Part shown: in pieces, positions 53,506 through 64,000 of the stretch
Layout: the number at the start of each line of letters is the position of its first letter
Position numbering within the stretch: position 1 is the stretch's first letter
Source of the DNA: Spirochaetota bacterium
Lineage (GTDB): Bacteria; Spirochaetota; UBA4802; UBA5550
NCBI GenBank assembly: GCA_025457915.1
Contig: JALOTL010000005.1
Coordinates: 68,852-132,851, forward strand
Direction of reading: 5' to 3'
Length of the DNA: 64,000 nucleotides
Notes under the pieces: generated by a model
What the model was told of the DNA's origin: nothing
The model's database searches: none
Seen by the model: only the letters and a program-made list of their open reading frames with translations
Made by a program: the position numbers and the translations under genes

Positions 53506-55386
53506 ATGAGCTCTAAATTTGAAAAATTGAATGATGATCATGCGGACAGACTTCTTGCGGATTTCTGTAAAAAATGCATGAGTGGGATTTGTATCTTCAC
53601 TGACAGGAATGAACTCGTTTATGTTAACGTTCAGGCAACGAAGATGCTGGAGATAGGGGGGGGTGACCTGGGCAAACCCATAGACAAAATCAGGCCTGAA
53701 ATCGCGGTTCTTTTCAATGATTCCGCCGGGGATCGATTTTTTACAAGGGACATCAGTTTCAGTTCTAAAGCAGGTGAAACAAGGTGGATCATATGCGATA
53801 TATGCAGAATCGGTTCATCCGATGGCCCGCATTACAGGATTGTCTCGGTGACCGACATAACCCGTCTCAAGAATCTGGAATTGAAGTTTGAAAAATCCGA
53901 AAAGAACCTGATTTCAATCATCAATAACATACCGGATGTAGTCTACAGGCTGAATCCGGAATCGAATATAAGCTTCATCAGCGATGAAATCCAAAAATAT
54001 GGATACAATCCAGAAGAACTGAAGGGATTGAACATATGCAGCCTGATACACCCGGATGACAGAAATAAATCTGTATACAGGCTAAATGAGCGGAGAACGG
54101 GGGAAAGAAGAACAAAATCATTCGAGGTGAGGCTTCTTTTGAAAAGTTCTGCAGGGCAGGAATACAGACTTTTCTCCGTCAATGCAGAAGGCCTTTATAA
54201 TGTAGATGAAAACGGCAACCTTGTTTTCGACGGTACGCAGGGAATCGCCAGGGACATAAGTCAAAAGAGAATAACAGAATACGCGCTCTCCGAAAGCGAG
54301 GAGAAGCGCGAGTCCGTGCTTAACGGCCTTGAGGACGGTTACTACGAGGTCGACACACACGGGAACTTTGTTTATTTGAACACATCCCTCTGCAAGATTG
54401 CAGGTTATGATAAAGATGAGATGCTCGGGAAAAACTATAAATCCTTTTTTACGGAAGAAACGGCTGGAATCATATCCAGGGCGTTTACGGAACTTTTTAA
54501 GACCGGAATTTCTAAAAAACTTGCCGCCTGGACTACTATCAGGAAGGACGGGAAAAAAAGGGTGGTGGAGGGCTCGGCATCCATAATCAAAGGACCGGAC
54601 GGCAAGACTGTGGGCTTCAGGGGCATAGTGAGGGATATAACTGAAAAGAAGAAGCTCGAGAACGAATTGCTCCAGGCCAGAAAACTGGAAGCGGTCGGGA
54701 TACTTGCCGGCGGCATCGCTCACGATTACAACAACGCCCTTACAGCCATATTGGGCAATCTGACCCTGGCCAAGCTTGAAATCGGGGAGGGCAATAAATC
54801 CCTGATGGAGATTCTCAATGACGCCGAGTCTGCGTCGCTTCGCGTAATGGAGCTGACAAAAAGGCTCGGTACGTTTGCCAGGGGCGGGAAGCCGAACAAG
54901 AAGAAGTGCTCCATCCTGAAAGTGATTGAAGAAACGGTTGAAAGAGAGATTGTGGATTATTCCGGCCGAATAATCATAAATTCCTCCGGGGGTCTCTGGG
55001 ACGTGGAGGTGGATGATTTTCAGATCGGACATGTATTTGTCAATATAATTGATAATTCGAAAGAGGCCGCTCCTGAAGGAGGGGAAATTGTGGTCAGTGT
55101 GGAAAATGTCAAGGTCGACAGGGAGGAGTCGCACCATGAAATAACGCTTGAACCCGGGGATTATTTGATGATTTCGATCAGGGATAACGGGCCCGGCATA
55201 ACACCCGACGATATCAACAAAATTTTCGACCCTTACTTCACGACCAAGGACATGTCAAGCGGATTGGGACTCGCGACCAGTTATGCTATTATTAAACGGC
55301 ATTACGGATATATCGATGTCGAGTCCGCACCCGGAAATGGGTCCGTGTTTTTTATTTATCTCCCTGCATATAAGGGACAGGATTAA
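53506..55386 (+). CDS. Cytoplasmic multi-PAS sensor histidine kinase
   Basis: Three PAS repeats, GGIAHDYNN H-box, N box, DNGPGI, FDPYFTTK, GLGL. Confidence 0.93.
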   Translation: MSSKFEKLNDDHADRLLADFCKKCMSGICIFTDRNELVYVNVQATKMLEIGGGDLGKPIDKIRPEIAVLFNDSAGDRFFTRDISFSSKAGETRWIICDICRIGSSDGPHYRIVSVTDITRLKNLELKFEKSEKNLISIINNIPDVVYRLNPESNISFISDEIQKYGYNPEELKGLNICSLIHPDDRNKSVYRLNERRTGERRTKSFEVRLLLKSSAGQEYRLFSVNAEGLYNVDENGNLVFDGTQGIARDISQKRITEYALSESEEKRESVLNGLEDGYYEVDTHGNFVYLNTSLCKIAGYDKDEMLGKNYKSFFTEETAGIISRAFTELFKTGISKKLAAWTTIRKDGKKRVVEGSASIIKGPDGKTVGFRGIVRDITEKKKLENELLQARKLEAVGILAGGIAHDYNNALTAILGNLTLAKLEIGEGNKSLMEILNDAESASLRVMELTKRLGTFARGGKPNKKKCSILKVIEETVEREIVDYSGRIIINSSGGLWDVEVDDFQIGHVFVNIIDNSKEAAPEGGEIVVSVENVKVDREESHHEITLEPGDYLMISIRDNGPGITPDDINKIFDPYFTTKDMSSGLGLATSYAIIKRHYGYIDVESAPGNGSVFFIYLPAYKGQD

Positions 55387-55619
55387 TTTAATATTTCCAG
55401 CTTCAGCAGTTATTATCTTGCATATTTGTTGAAAATCATGCATTATTATCAATACCTTTGCCGATTTTTCCGCGTCCCGACAAATAATTGTTGCCCCCAT
55501 AGACAAGGATGTAAATATTTACATTATTTGAAGTTTATGTCGATGTCAAAACGGGCACTGCGCAGAATTTTCAGGGGAGATCCGAATCGGCTGGTGGTTG
55601 ACATTAAATATCCGGGGGA

Positions 55620-58190
55620 ATGATGGCAAAGATTCAGACTTTCAAGGTTGTACCTTACCTTCCAGAGAAGCTGAAGCCGCTTTTTAAAATAGCGAACAAC
55701 ATGTGGTGGGTATGGAATTTCGAAGCGATAGAACTTTTCAGGAGACTCGATGTCGAGCTGTGGAGGGAGGTTGAACACAATCCCCTCAAGCTTCTCGGTT
55801 CCCTGTCGCAAAAGACCCTCGATGAAACCGCGGAATCCGAGAGCTTTCTCGCCCATATGGACAGGGTCGAGAAGGAACTCGACTGGCACATGACAAGAAA
55901 ATCATGGTACGATGAAAACAAGGTGAATTTTGATAATGCGGGAATCGCTTACTTCTCAGCCGAGTTCGGGATCCATGAAAGCCTTCCAATGTACTCGGGA
56001 GGACTCGGCGTGCTAGCCGGCGACCATATCAAATCAGCAAGCGAACTGGGGATCCCCCTTTACGGCGTCGGGTTGCTGTACAGGCTCGGATATTTCAGGC
56101 AGTATCTGAATCTTGACGGCTGGCAGCAGGAAAAATTTCCTGAAATAGATTTCCATAACATCCCCGCAAGTCCCGTAAGGGATGATTCCGGCAAACCCAT
56201 GATAATCAGCGTTTCCATGCCCGGGAGGGAGGTATACGCCCAGATCTGGAAAATCAACATCGGAAAGGTGACCCTTTTTCTCCTGGATACGAATATTGAA
56301 ATGAACAGCCTTGATGACAGGATTCTCACTGACCAGCTTTACGGCGGCGACAACGAGATGAGGATAAAACAGGAGATTCTTCTGGGGATAGGCGGTCTGA
56401 GGGCCCTGAGGGCCATGCAAGTTGATATTACGGTTTACCACATGAACGAGGGCCACCCGGCTTTTCTTGCCATTGAAAGGACGGTGAATCTGATAGAAGA
56501 AAAAAAGACGCCTTTTCATGTTGCGTTTGAATACGTCATGTCGAGCAATGTTTTCACGACGCATACTCCCGTACCCGCGGGAAACGACAGGTTCGAGCCA
56601 GAGATGATCGACAAGTATCTTTCAAATTATTATTCCAGACTGGGAATTTCAAGAGACAGGTTTCTGTCGCTCGGAAGGGAAAATCCGGAAAACAAAAAGG
56701 AGCCTTTTTGCATGACCGTTCTGGCTATTAAAATGTCGTCCGGCTGCAATGGAGTGTCAAAACTTCACGGCAAGGTATCCAGAAACATGTGGAAAAACCT
56801 GTGGCCGACTCTCCCGGTGCATGAAATTCCGATCGGGCACATAACGAACGGCATACAGACACTGTCATGGACCTCGGATGAAATGATGAGGCTTTTCAAC
56901 CGGTACATGGGCCCGAGATGGATCGACAATCCGGCCGACACAACGATCTGGCAGAATATCGATGATATACCGGATTCTGAGCTCTGGAGGAGCAGGGAAA
57001 GGCTGAGGGAAAGGTTAGTGTCCTTCGCGAGAAAAAGACTCAAGGAGCAGCTCCTCGCCCGCGGCGTGTCGCCCAAGGAAGCCGAAAAGGCGAATTCGGT
57101 TCTTGACCCGGACGCCCTGACCATAGGTTTTGGAAGAAGGTTCGCGACATACAAAAGGGCCACGCTTCTGCTTCGAAGCATCGAAAAGCTTGTCTCTCTT
57201 CTGCACGATAAGGACAGGCCGCTGCAAATAATTTTTGCCGGCAAGGCTCATCCAATGGACAACATGGGGAAAGAGCTCATCAGGCAGATAATTCACATTA
57301 CGAATGATGAAAGGTTCAAGGATAAGATAGTATTTCTCGAGGATTATGATATAAATATTGCGAGGTACCTTGTCCAGGGTGTCGATATCTGGCTGAATAA
57401 TCCCATCAGGCCCAAGGAGGCATCCGGTACCAGCGGGATGAAAGTCGTTCCTAACGGCGGATTGAACATCAGTGTTCTGGATGGATGGTGGGTGGAGGCA
57501 TACAACAGCGAGAACGGCTGGGCGATAGGCAAGGGGGAGGAGTATACCGATCTGGCCTACCAGGATGAAGTTGAGAGTCTTTTCCTTTACAACATCATAG
57601 AACAGGAAGTCAAACCTGCTTTCTACACGAGGGGTGTTGACGGAATCCCGAGGGAATGGGTCAAGAAGATGAAGGAATCCATGAAAACGATTTGTTCCGA
57701 ATTCAATACAAACAGGATGGTGAAGGACTACACCGAAAAATATTACAAACCGGCGCACAGGAACCATCTGAAATTTTCCACAGAAGATTTCAAATACTCA
57801 AAGGATATTTCCGAGTGGAAATCAAGGGTGATGCAGAAATGGGGGGATATTGAAATAATCAATCTGGCCTTTGAGCACAAGGGGGAGATAACCGTCGGAA
57901 CGAAGGTGTCGGTTTCAGCCGAAGTAAGGCTTGGCGGCCTGAAACCGGAAGATGTCCTGGTGGAGCTATATTTCGGGGCCCTTGACAGCACTGGAAACAT
58001 AATTGAGGGCGTTGCATTGCCCATGAATTTAAGGGAATCAATGGACGGTACACATATTTATGAGGGGCGGATTCTGTGCCTGAGATCGGGTCAATTCGGT
58101 TTCACTGCCCGAATCATACCCCATAACTCCAATCTCGTAAGGAAATTCGATCCAGATCTCAAGATCTACTGGATGCAGGAGATTCATTGA
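55620..58190 (+). CDS. glgP: Alpha-glucan (glycogen/maltodextrin) phosphorylase
   Basis: YSGGLGVLAGD, HMNEGH, RRFATYKR, EASGTSGMK. Confidence 0.95.
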   Translation: MMAKIQTFKVVPYLPEKLKPLFKIANNMWWVWNFEAIELFRRLDVELWREVEHNPLKLLGSLSQKTLDETAESESFLAHMDRVEKELDWHMTRKSWYDENKVNFDNAGIAYFSAEFGIHESLPMYSGGLGVLAGDHIKSASELGIPLYGVGLLYRLGYFRQYLNLDGWQQEKFPEIDFHNIPASPVRDDSGKPMIISVSMPGREVYAQIWKINIGKVTLFLLDTNIEMNSLDDRILTDQLYGGDNEMRIKQEILLGIGGLRALRAMQVDITVYHMNEGHPAFLAIERTVNLIEEKKTPFHVAFEYVMSSNVFTTHTPVPAGNDRFEPEMIDKYLSNYYSRLGISRDRFLSLGRENPENKKEPFCMTVLAIKMSSGCNGVSKLHGKVSRNMWKNLWPTLPVHEIPIGHITNGIQTLSWTSDEMMRLFNRYMGPRWIDNPADTTIWQNIDDIPDSELWRSRERLRERLVSFARKRLKEQLLARGVSPKEAEKANSVLDPDALTIGFGRRFATYKRATLLLRSIEKLVSLLHDKDRPLQIIFAGKAHPMDNMGKELIRQIIHITNDERFKDKIVFLEDYDINIARYLVQGVDIWLNNPIRPKEASGTSGMKVVPNGGLNISVLDGWWVEAYNSENGWAIGKGEEYTDLAYQDEVESLFLYNIIEQEVKPAFYTRGVDGIPREWVKKMKESMKTICSEFNTNRMVKDYTEKYYKPAHRNHLKFSTEDFKYSKDISEWKSRVMQKWGDIEIINLAFEHKGEITVGTKVSVSAEVRLGGLKPEDVLVELYFGALDSTGNIIEGVALPMNLRESMDGTHIYEGRILCLRSGQFGFTARIIPHNSNLVRKFDPDLKIYWMQEIH

Positions 58191-59027
58191 ATGAAAGCAT
58201 GTAAACTTCTATTATCGGCTTTGTTTATTTTTATGATAGCGACCCCTTCTTTTGCCGTGACCTATGGCGTCGGAATGTCGGTTAACATACTCTGGTGGCA
58301 GCCTTACTGGACCGAGGGCGGATTGGAAATGAATAAAGGCAAAAAGAAAAGCAGCATGGATTCTGCGACGCATTACGGACCGATGCTGACTGCGGTATTT
58401 GACAGGTGGACGTTGACAACATCCTTCAGGTACGGAAGCTATGAAACAAAAGGAAATAATGTCGCAGTCTATGAGAACCTGATCATGGTAGACAATCTGC
58501 CGACCTTTTATAGTTACAACGGCTATGTAAACAAATATGATTACAATCTGTACCTGGGATATCTTCTTAATAAATACATGAAAATAATCGGTGGAATCAG
58601 ATACATGGGCTTCAGCATGAATGAAAAAAGATCTTTGATAGTGAAGTTCAGCTATTACCTTTTGCCTGTTGATGCCAGGCACATTATTTCCAGTAATACG
58701 GCGGGACCGTCCATAGGTGTCGGATTCGACGTGCCATTGATGAAAGACCTTTACCTGCTGCCGAAGATTTCATGGGTCATGCTCTGGGGGAATAATTACG
58801 AGGGATCGAGTTTTGTAAGAGTTCCAAAATCGACACTGATGTATTACGGGTTCAATACCAGCCTTTCGCTGGCCTATCACTGGGCTGATATTAAGACGAC
58901 CTTCGTCCTGGGGTACAGGGCGCAGATTCTTATGATCAAAGCAATGACCGGCAGCAGTTACGCATCACACAGGAGCGACCTGACGCAGGGGATCCAGATG
59001 TCAGCCGAGTATTCGTTCGACCTGTAG
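58191..59027 (+). CDS. Putative outer-membrane beta-barrel protein
   Basis: Signal peptide (..PSFA), aromatic-rich amphipathic strands, C-terminal SAEYSFDL. Confidence 0.6.
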   Translation: MKACKLLLSALFIFMIATPSFAVTYGVGMSVNILWWQPYWTEGGLEMNKGKKKSSMDSATHYGPMLTAVFDRWTLTTSFRYGSYETKGNNVAVYENLIMVDNLPTFYSYNGYVNKYDYNLYLGYLLNKYMKIIGGIRYMGFSMNEKRSLIVKFSYYLLPVDARHIISSNTAGPSIGVGFDVPLMKDLYLLPKISWVMLWGNNYEGSSFVRVPKSTLMYYGFNTSLSLAYHWADIKTTFVLGYRAQILMIKAMTGSSYASHRSDLTQGIQMSAEYSFDL

Positions 59028-59029
59028 AT

Positions 59030-59683
59030 CTACAGGTCGCCCCCAGCCTCTTTTTCAAGCCTGTCGAAGAAATCGATCATGAAGGAATGTCTTTCCCGGG
59101 CAAGCCTTTTTCCTTCCGCCGTCAGCATCCTGTCTTTCACGAACCTCAGCTTAACGGCGTATTCCCTGTAAGCCGTGTCTTCCTCGCTGTAGGCCTCGGC
59201 CGTTTCGGCGGCGTCACCGGTGTTGTGCAGCCTGGCGCCAATTTCTCCGGAAAAAAGGAATGCCCTGCCGATTCCGACCGCTCCTATTGAATCAAGCTTG
59301 TCGGCATCGAAAATGATCCTGCCCTCGATGGATGCAGGCATCCTGTCGTCCCTGAACCTGTGGGTCAGGATGCAGCTGCATATCCTGTCGGTTTTACCGC
59401 CGTCGAGTCCGCATTCAAGAAGAAATTCCCTTGCCATTATGCTCCCGGCCTCGGCATGGCAGGTTTTCCCTCCGTCGGAATCCTCGAGCTTTCTGGCAAT
59501 ATCATGGAGTATAGCGGCGACCCTGACTATGAAAATATCGGATCCCGCTTCGGTTTGCGCTATTCTTTCAGCTATATTGAGCACCCTCATTACGTGGTCC
59601 CATCCATGGCTGGAATGGATGCCTTTCATCATGCGCCTGGCATAATCCATCGATTCTCTGATTATTTTTTCTTCGGGGCTCAT
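59030..59683 (-). CDS. HD-domain phosphohydrolase (YedJ-like)
   Basis: HGWDHV.RV, LHD, H, DADKLDSIGAVGIGRAF. Confidence 0.9.
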   Translation of the reverse strand: MSPEEKIIRESMDYARRMMKGIHSSHGWDHVMRVLNIAERIAQTEAGSDIFIVRVAAILHDIARKLEDSDGGKTCHAEAGSIMAREFLLECGLDGGKTDRICSCILTHRFRDDRMPASIEGRIIFDADKLDSIGAVGIGRAFLFSGEIGARLHNTGDAAETAEAYSEEDTAYREYAVKLRFVKDRMLTAEGKRLARERHSFMIDFFDRLEKEAGGDL

Positions 59684-59714
59684 TATGCTGGCGATCGGCT
59701 GGCAGGATCCGGCG

Positions 59715-61511
59715 TCAGTTGATTTTAAGGACCGTCAGGAATGCCTCCTGCGGCACCTCGACGGATCCAATCTGCTTCATTCTTTTTTTGCCTTCTTTCT
59801 GCTTCTCCAGGAGCTTCCTTTTCCGGGTTATATCGCCGCCGTAGCACTTGGCTGTGACGTTCTTCCGCAGGGGAGAGATGTTCTCCCTGGCGATGATTTT
59901 TTGTCCGACTGCGGCCTGGAGTGGTATCTTGAACTGGTGTCTTGGTATGATGTTCTTCAGCTTCTCAATTATGTCCTTGCCCCTCTGGTAAGCCTTGTCT
60001 TCATGGACGACGAAAGAAAGCGCGTCGACCGGTTCTGCATTTACCAGTATGTCAACCTTTACCATTTTTGCCGGCCTGAAGTCCCTGAATTCATAATCGA
60101 AGGATGCATAACCCTTGGAATAGGATTTAAGCTTGTCGTAGAAATTGAATACAATCTCTGCCAGCGGAAGCTCGTAATTGAGCTGGACCCTGTTCTGGTC
60201 TATGTATTCCATGCCTTTATGCAGGCCCCTGCAATCCGTAACCAGGGACATTATGTTTCCCACGTACTCCGACGGGGTGATTATCGAGGCATCGACGATC
60301 GGTTCTTCTATTCGTTCGATCATGCCGGGGTCCGGCAGCTTAACGGGATTGTCGATTGTAAGCTTTTCGCCGTTTACGAGATATACCTTGTATTCGACGC
60401 TCGGGGCGGTAGTAACAAGGGAGAGATCGAATTCCCTCTCCAGCCTCTCCTGGACAATCTCCATGTGAAGAAGTCCGAGATACCCGCATCTGAAGCCGAA
60501 ACCAAGTGCGTATGAATTGTCCGGTTCGAACATCAAAGATGCGTCATTTAATCTGAGCTTGTAAAGAGCGTCCTTCAGGTTTTCATAATCATCGCTGTAC
60601 ATGGGATATAGACCGGAGAATACCATTGATTTCACGTCTTTGAATCCCTGCAGCGGTTTATCCGCAGGCAACAGTCCTCCCGTGACGGTGTCGCCGATCT
60701 TGGTGTCAACGACTGTTTTTATCCCGGCAACTATGTATCCGACGTCGCCCGGCTCCAGGATCGGCTTTTTTTCAAGATTGAGCCTGAATATGCCTACCTC
60801 CGTGACTGTGTATTTTTTTCCCGTAGAAAAAAGCATTATCTGGTCGTCTTTTTTTACCGTACCGTCGAATATCCTGACCTTTATAATGGCCCCCAGATAC
60901 TTGTCGAAGAATGAATCGAAGATCAGGGCCTTCAGGGGTCCGTCTTGTTTCCCCTCGGGGCACGGTATGGTTTCAATGATTTTTTCCATGAGATCGTCTA
61001 TCCCGGTGCCCTCCCTGGCTGAAACAGGAACCGCGGAAGAGGGGTCCAGCCCGAGTATCTTTTTTATGCTCTCCCTTGTGCCTTCTATGTCGGCGGTGGG
61101 CATGTCTATCTTGTTGATGACCGGAAGTATTTCGAGATTGTTCTCGAGCGCCAGATAGAGATTGGCTATAGTCTGGGCCTCGACGCCCTGCGATGCGTCC
61201 ACTACCAGGATGACTCCGTCGCAGGCGGCCAGCGCCCTGGAGACCTCATATGTGAAGTCCACGTGTCCAGGAGTATCTATCAGGTTGAATATGTAATCCT
61301 CGCCGCTTCTTGACTTGTAATTAAGGGTCACGGCGTTCGATTTAATGGTTATGCCACGCTCCCTTTCTATGTCCATGTTGTCCAGCATTTGATCGACCAG
61401 GTCCCTGGAACTGACCAGCTTGCATTTTTCTATGATCCTGTCAGCAAGGGTGGATTTACCATGGTCGATATGGGCTATGATGGAGAAATTTCTTATATGT
61501 TTGAGGTCCAT
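59715..61511 (-). CDS. lepA: Elongation factor 4
   Basis: [40 protein letters not shown]. Confidence 0.99.
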   Translation of the reverse strand: MDLKHIRNFSIIAHIDHGKSTLADRIIEKCKLVSSRDLVDQMLDNMDIERERGITIKSNAVTLNYKSRSGEDYIFNLIDTPGHVDFTYEVSRALAACDGVILVVDASQGVEAQTIANLYLALENNLEILPVINKIDMPTADIEGTRESIKKILGLDPSSAVPVSAREGTGIDDLMEKIIETIPCPEGKQDGPLKALIFDSFFDKYLGAIIKVRIFDGTVKKDDQIMLFSTGKKYTVTEVGIFRLNLEKKPILEPGDVGYIVAGIKTVVDTKIGDTVTGGLLPADKPLQGFKDVKSMVFSGLYPMYSDDYENLKDALYKLRLNDASLMFEPDNSYALGFGFRCGYLGLLHMEIVQERLEREFDLSLVTTAPSVEYKVYLVNGEKLTIDNPVKLPDPGMIERIEEPIVDASIITPSEYVGNIMSLVTDCRGLHKGMEYIDQNRVQLNYELPLAEIVFNFYDKLKSYSKGYASFDYEFRDFRPAKMVKVDILVNAEPVDALSFVVHEDKAYQRGKDIIEKLKNIIPRHQFKIPLQAAVGQKIIARENISPLRKNVTAKCYGGDITRKRKLLEKQKEGKKRMKQIGSVEVPQEAFLTVLKIN

Positions 61512-61592
61512 GTTTTTTACCGGTTTGAGCTAAGAAAATACAATATCGCCATAAGGCAAGGATTTTTTCGGGAGAGTTTGTAAAACATCAGG

Positions 61593-62327
61593 TCATTCCT
61601 TCATCATTTCGTAGATGATTATCGCGGCTGCAACTGAAGCGTTCAGGGACGGTATTTTTCCCCTCAGCGGAATCTTAACAAGGAAATCGCATTTTTCCGC
61701 AGTGAGCCGCCTCATCCCTTCGCCCTCGCTTCCTATTACGATCAAAGCCGGTCTGTATGGCCTGACGTCCGAAATATCCTTTTCACCCCTGTCGGATGTG
61801 CCTATCACCCAGAAACCGGCCTCCTTCGCGGCGTCTATAAATGCGGCTGTGTTTGCCGCCTGGAGTATTTCCAGGTAAGCTGTCGCACCGGCGGAGGTCT
61901 TTATGACGGTTTCGGTTATGCCGGCCGATCCGGATCTTGGAATGACAACACCGTCCGCCCCCAGGGCCTCGGAGCTTCTTATGATGGAGCCTACATTGTG
62001 CGGATCCGTGAGGTGGTCAAGCAGGACGAGCAGGCCTTTTTTCCCGGCCGTCTGTCTGAGAAACCCCTCCTGGGACAGGCGGACCGTGTCTCCGGTTATC
62101 TCCAGAATTACGCCCTGGTGCGTTGAGGACGGGTGATGGGACGAGAAATATTCCTTTTGTTTCCTGATGATGCGGGCCTTCTTTTTGCCGGCCTCACTGA
62201 TTATTTCATCGATTATTTTACCGTGGGCGCCTTCTGATATGTACAGAACCAGTCCGCTGCCAGGGCGGGATTCCCTGAGGTATTCATAAACCGGATTGCG
62301 GCCAGTGACTATTGTTTTTTCTTCCAC
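61593..62327 (-). CDS. rlmB: 23S rRNA Gm2251 methyltransferase (SpoU family)
   Basis: GRNPV.E, HQGV, DPHNVGSIIRS, GSEGEG, SLNASVA; follows cysS. Confidence 0.92.
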   Translation of the reverse strand: MEEKTIVTGRNPVYEYLRESRPGSGLVLYISEGAHGKIIDEIISEAGKKKARIIRKQKEYFSSHHPSSTHQGVILEITGDTVRLSQEGFLRQTAGKKGLLVLLDHLTDPHNVGSIIRSSEALGADGVVIPRSGSAGITETVIKTSAGATAYLEILQAANTAAFIDAAKEAGFWVIGTSDRGEKDISDVRPYRPALIVIGSEGEGMRRLTAEKCDFLVKIPLRGKIPSLNASVAAAIIIYEMMKE

Positions 62328-63739
62328 CTTGTCCCGTCTTTGGTATCCTCCAGGATAATTCCTTTATCCAGGAGAATACGCCTTATTTCATCCGCCCTGT
62401 TAAAGTCCCTGGCTTTCTTGGCCGCTGCCCTTTCGCCTATGAGCGATTCTATCCTGCCCGCATCAGGGCCCGCATCGTCGCCGCGTTCCGGGAAAATGAA
62501 GGCGAGTACCGAGTCTGTCTTTTTCATGGCGGAAATGATCATTTCCCTGTCCGAAACGTTCAGGGATTCATCGTTAATCATGCTGTTGACTGAATGTATG
62601 AAATCGAACATCGCGCCGAGCGCCCTGGATATGTTCAGATCGTCATCAAGGGATTCGGTGAATTCATGGAGGAACCGGCCGCACAGAGATTCAGTTTCTC
62701 CTGATGCGGTGCCGTTCGACTTGAGGTCATCAAGTCTCACCAGGAGATTGTCTATCCTTGACAGCGCCTGCTCCGCCTGTTTAAGGCCGTCAAAGGTGAA
62801 ATTGAGCTGTTTTCTATAATGGGCTGATATGAGAAGGTACCTGATGGACCTGGGAGAATAACCTTTTCCGGTAAGGTCCCTCAGGGTGTAGAAATTTCCC
62901 TTTGATTTGGACATCTTGGATCCGTCCACCAGCAGGTGCTCGATATGTATCCAGTGTCTCACGAAGGTTTCGCCGTACGCCGCTTCGCTCTGCGCTATCT
63001 CGTTTTCGTGGTGTGGAAATATAAGATCCACCCCGCCCGTGTGAATATCTATCGTCCTGCCGAATATCTTTCTTATCATCGCCGAACATTCTATATGCCA
63101 GCCGGGCCTTCCCCTGCCGAAAGGAGTGTCCCAGCTTGTCTCCCCGGGCTTTGCCGCCTTCCAGAGGGCGAAGTCCCTTACATCGTCTTTTTCATATTCA
63201 TCAGTGTCATACCTGAGTCCGCTTTTTATTTCCCTGGAATCAAGCCGGCTCAGTTTTCCGTATCCTTCAAACCTGGAAATGCTGAAATACAGAGACCCGT
63301 CCCTTTCATAAACGATCCCTTTTTCATTGAGGCGGTTTATGATGTCAATCATGGCGTCGATTGATTCCGTGGCCCTGGGATTGTACTCGACCGGTTCTAT
63401 ATTCAGTGTAGCGAGGTCCTCAAAGAATATGTCGGTGTATCTTTTTGTATATTCTTCGAGCGTGATTTTTTCTGAGTTCGCTCCCGCAATCGTCTTGTCG
63501 TCAACGTCTGTTATGTTCATCGCATGTTCGACGCGGAACCCGCGGAATTTAAAATAACGCCTGAGGAGGTCGTTGAATACGTATGTCCTGAAATTTCCTA
63601 TATGGGCGTAGTTGTATACGGTCGGACCGCAGGAATAGATGGTAAGGGGAGGGTAGTCCCCGGTCCATACCGTTCTTTTTCCTCCCGGTATGATTTCCTC
63701 GACCGTTCCCGAAAGGGTGTTGTGGATTCTCAGCGCCAT
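62309..63739 (-). CDS. cysS: Cysteine--tRNA ligase
   Basis: CGPTVY, HIGN, GRPGWHIECS, FPHHENE, KMSKS. Confidence 0.98.
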   Translation of the reverse strand: MALRIHNTLSGTVEEIIPGGKRTVWTGDYPPLTIYSCGPTVYNYAHIGNFRTYVFNDLLRRYFKFRGFRVEHAMNITDVDDKTIAGANSEKITLEEYTKRYTDIFFEDLATLNIEPVEYNPRATESIDAMIDIINRLNEKGIVYERDGSLYFSISRFEGYGKLSRLDSREIKSGLRYDTDEYEKDDVRDFALWKAAKPGETSWDTPFGRGRPGWHIECSAMIRKIFGRTIDIHTGGVDLIFPHHENEIAQSEAAYGETFVRHWIHIEHLLVDGSKMSKSKGNFYTLRDLTGKGYSPRSIRYLLISAHYRKQLNFTFDGLKQAEQALSRIDNLLVRLDDLKSNGTASGETESLCGRFLHEFTESLDDDLNISRALGAMFDFIHSVNSMINDESLNVSDREMIISAMKKTDSVLAFIFPERGDDAGPDAGRIESLIGERAAAKKARDFNRADEIRRILLDKGIILEDTKDGTRWKKKQ

Positions 63740-63802
63740 ATTTCAATACCTGAGCGTAGGACATTAGCACCGGGTCCCGTTGTCAAACACTTTTTGGTGG
63801 GA

Positions 63803-64000
63803 TCAGGCCCGCTGATTTTTTCCGCTGCGCTGTTTTTTCGGTGATAGTTTTTCCTTGGCGGTTTCCGGCGTAATTATCATTTCCTCAACATCTTCATACG
63901 GCCGGCCAGTATCGGCATCCTGTTCGGATTTTAAAGCCTCAAGGATTTCTGGTGGAGCATGCATCCCGGAGACAGTGCCCTGGCTGCCGAGAAACGAGAT
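63803..64000 (-). CDS. 3' end of an unidentified CDS entering from beyond the window
   Basis: Open frame from 64000 to TGA at 63803 (ISFLGSQGTVSGMHAPPEILEALKSEQ...KNQRA*). Confidence 0.45.
   Translation of the reverse strand: MSFLGSQGTVSGMHAPPEILEALKSEQDADTGRPYEDVEEMIITPETAKEKLSPKKQRSGKNQRA

Overview
Bacterial chromosomal window. Gene content (F-type ATPase with an extended c-subunit, FecR/LipL45-like lipoprotein, spirochaete-like acidic protein, MCP) suggests a Leptospirae-related Spirochaetota; this is an inference. Core genes: ychF-like (partial), MCP, lysA, sahR-ahcY, leuA, recA-map-folE2, PPIase, atpZBEFHAGDC, glgP, lepA, cysS-rlmB. The accessory block (about 9.9-29 kb) is a Wzx/Wzy exopolysaccharide locus with a short OPX plus a separate beta-barrel, several acetyl- and methyltransferases, a clan GH-A hydrolase and a TRAM-less MiaB-like radical SAM enzyme. 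Most of this block lies between two direct copies of a ~107-bp MITE-like element with TTAT flanks, one carrying a nested 110-bp insertion. Signals read directly from the DNA include a leucine attenuator before leuA, a perfect 14-bp operator before sahR and a sigma28-like promoter before an orphan HicB-like gene. The best candidate for an undescribed system is a stand-alone metallophosphoesterase-nucleotidyltransferase fusion (3340-5016). No rRNA, tRNA, CRISPR array or transposase was seen. All calls come from motif recognition without database searches.
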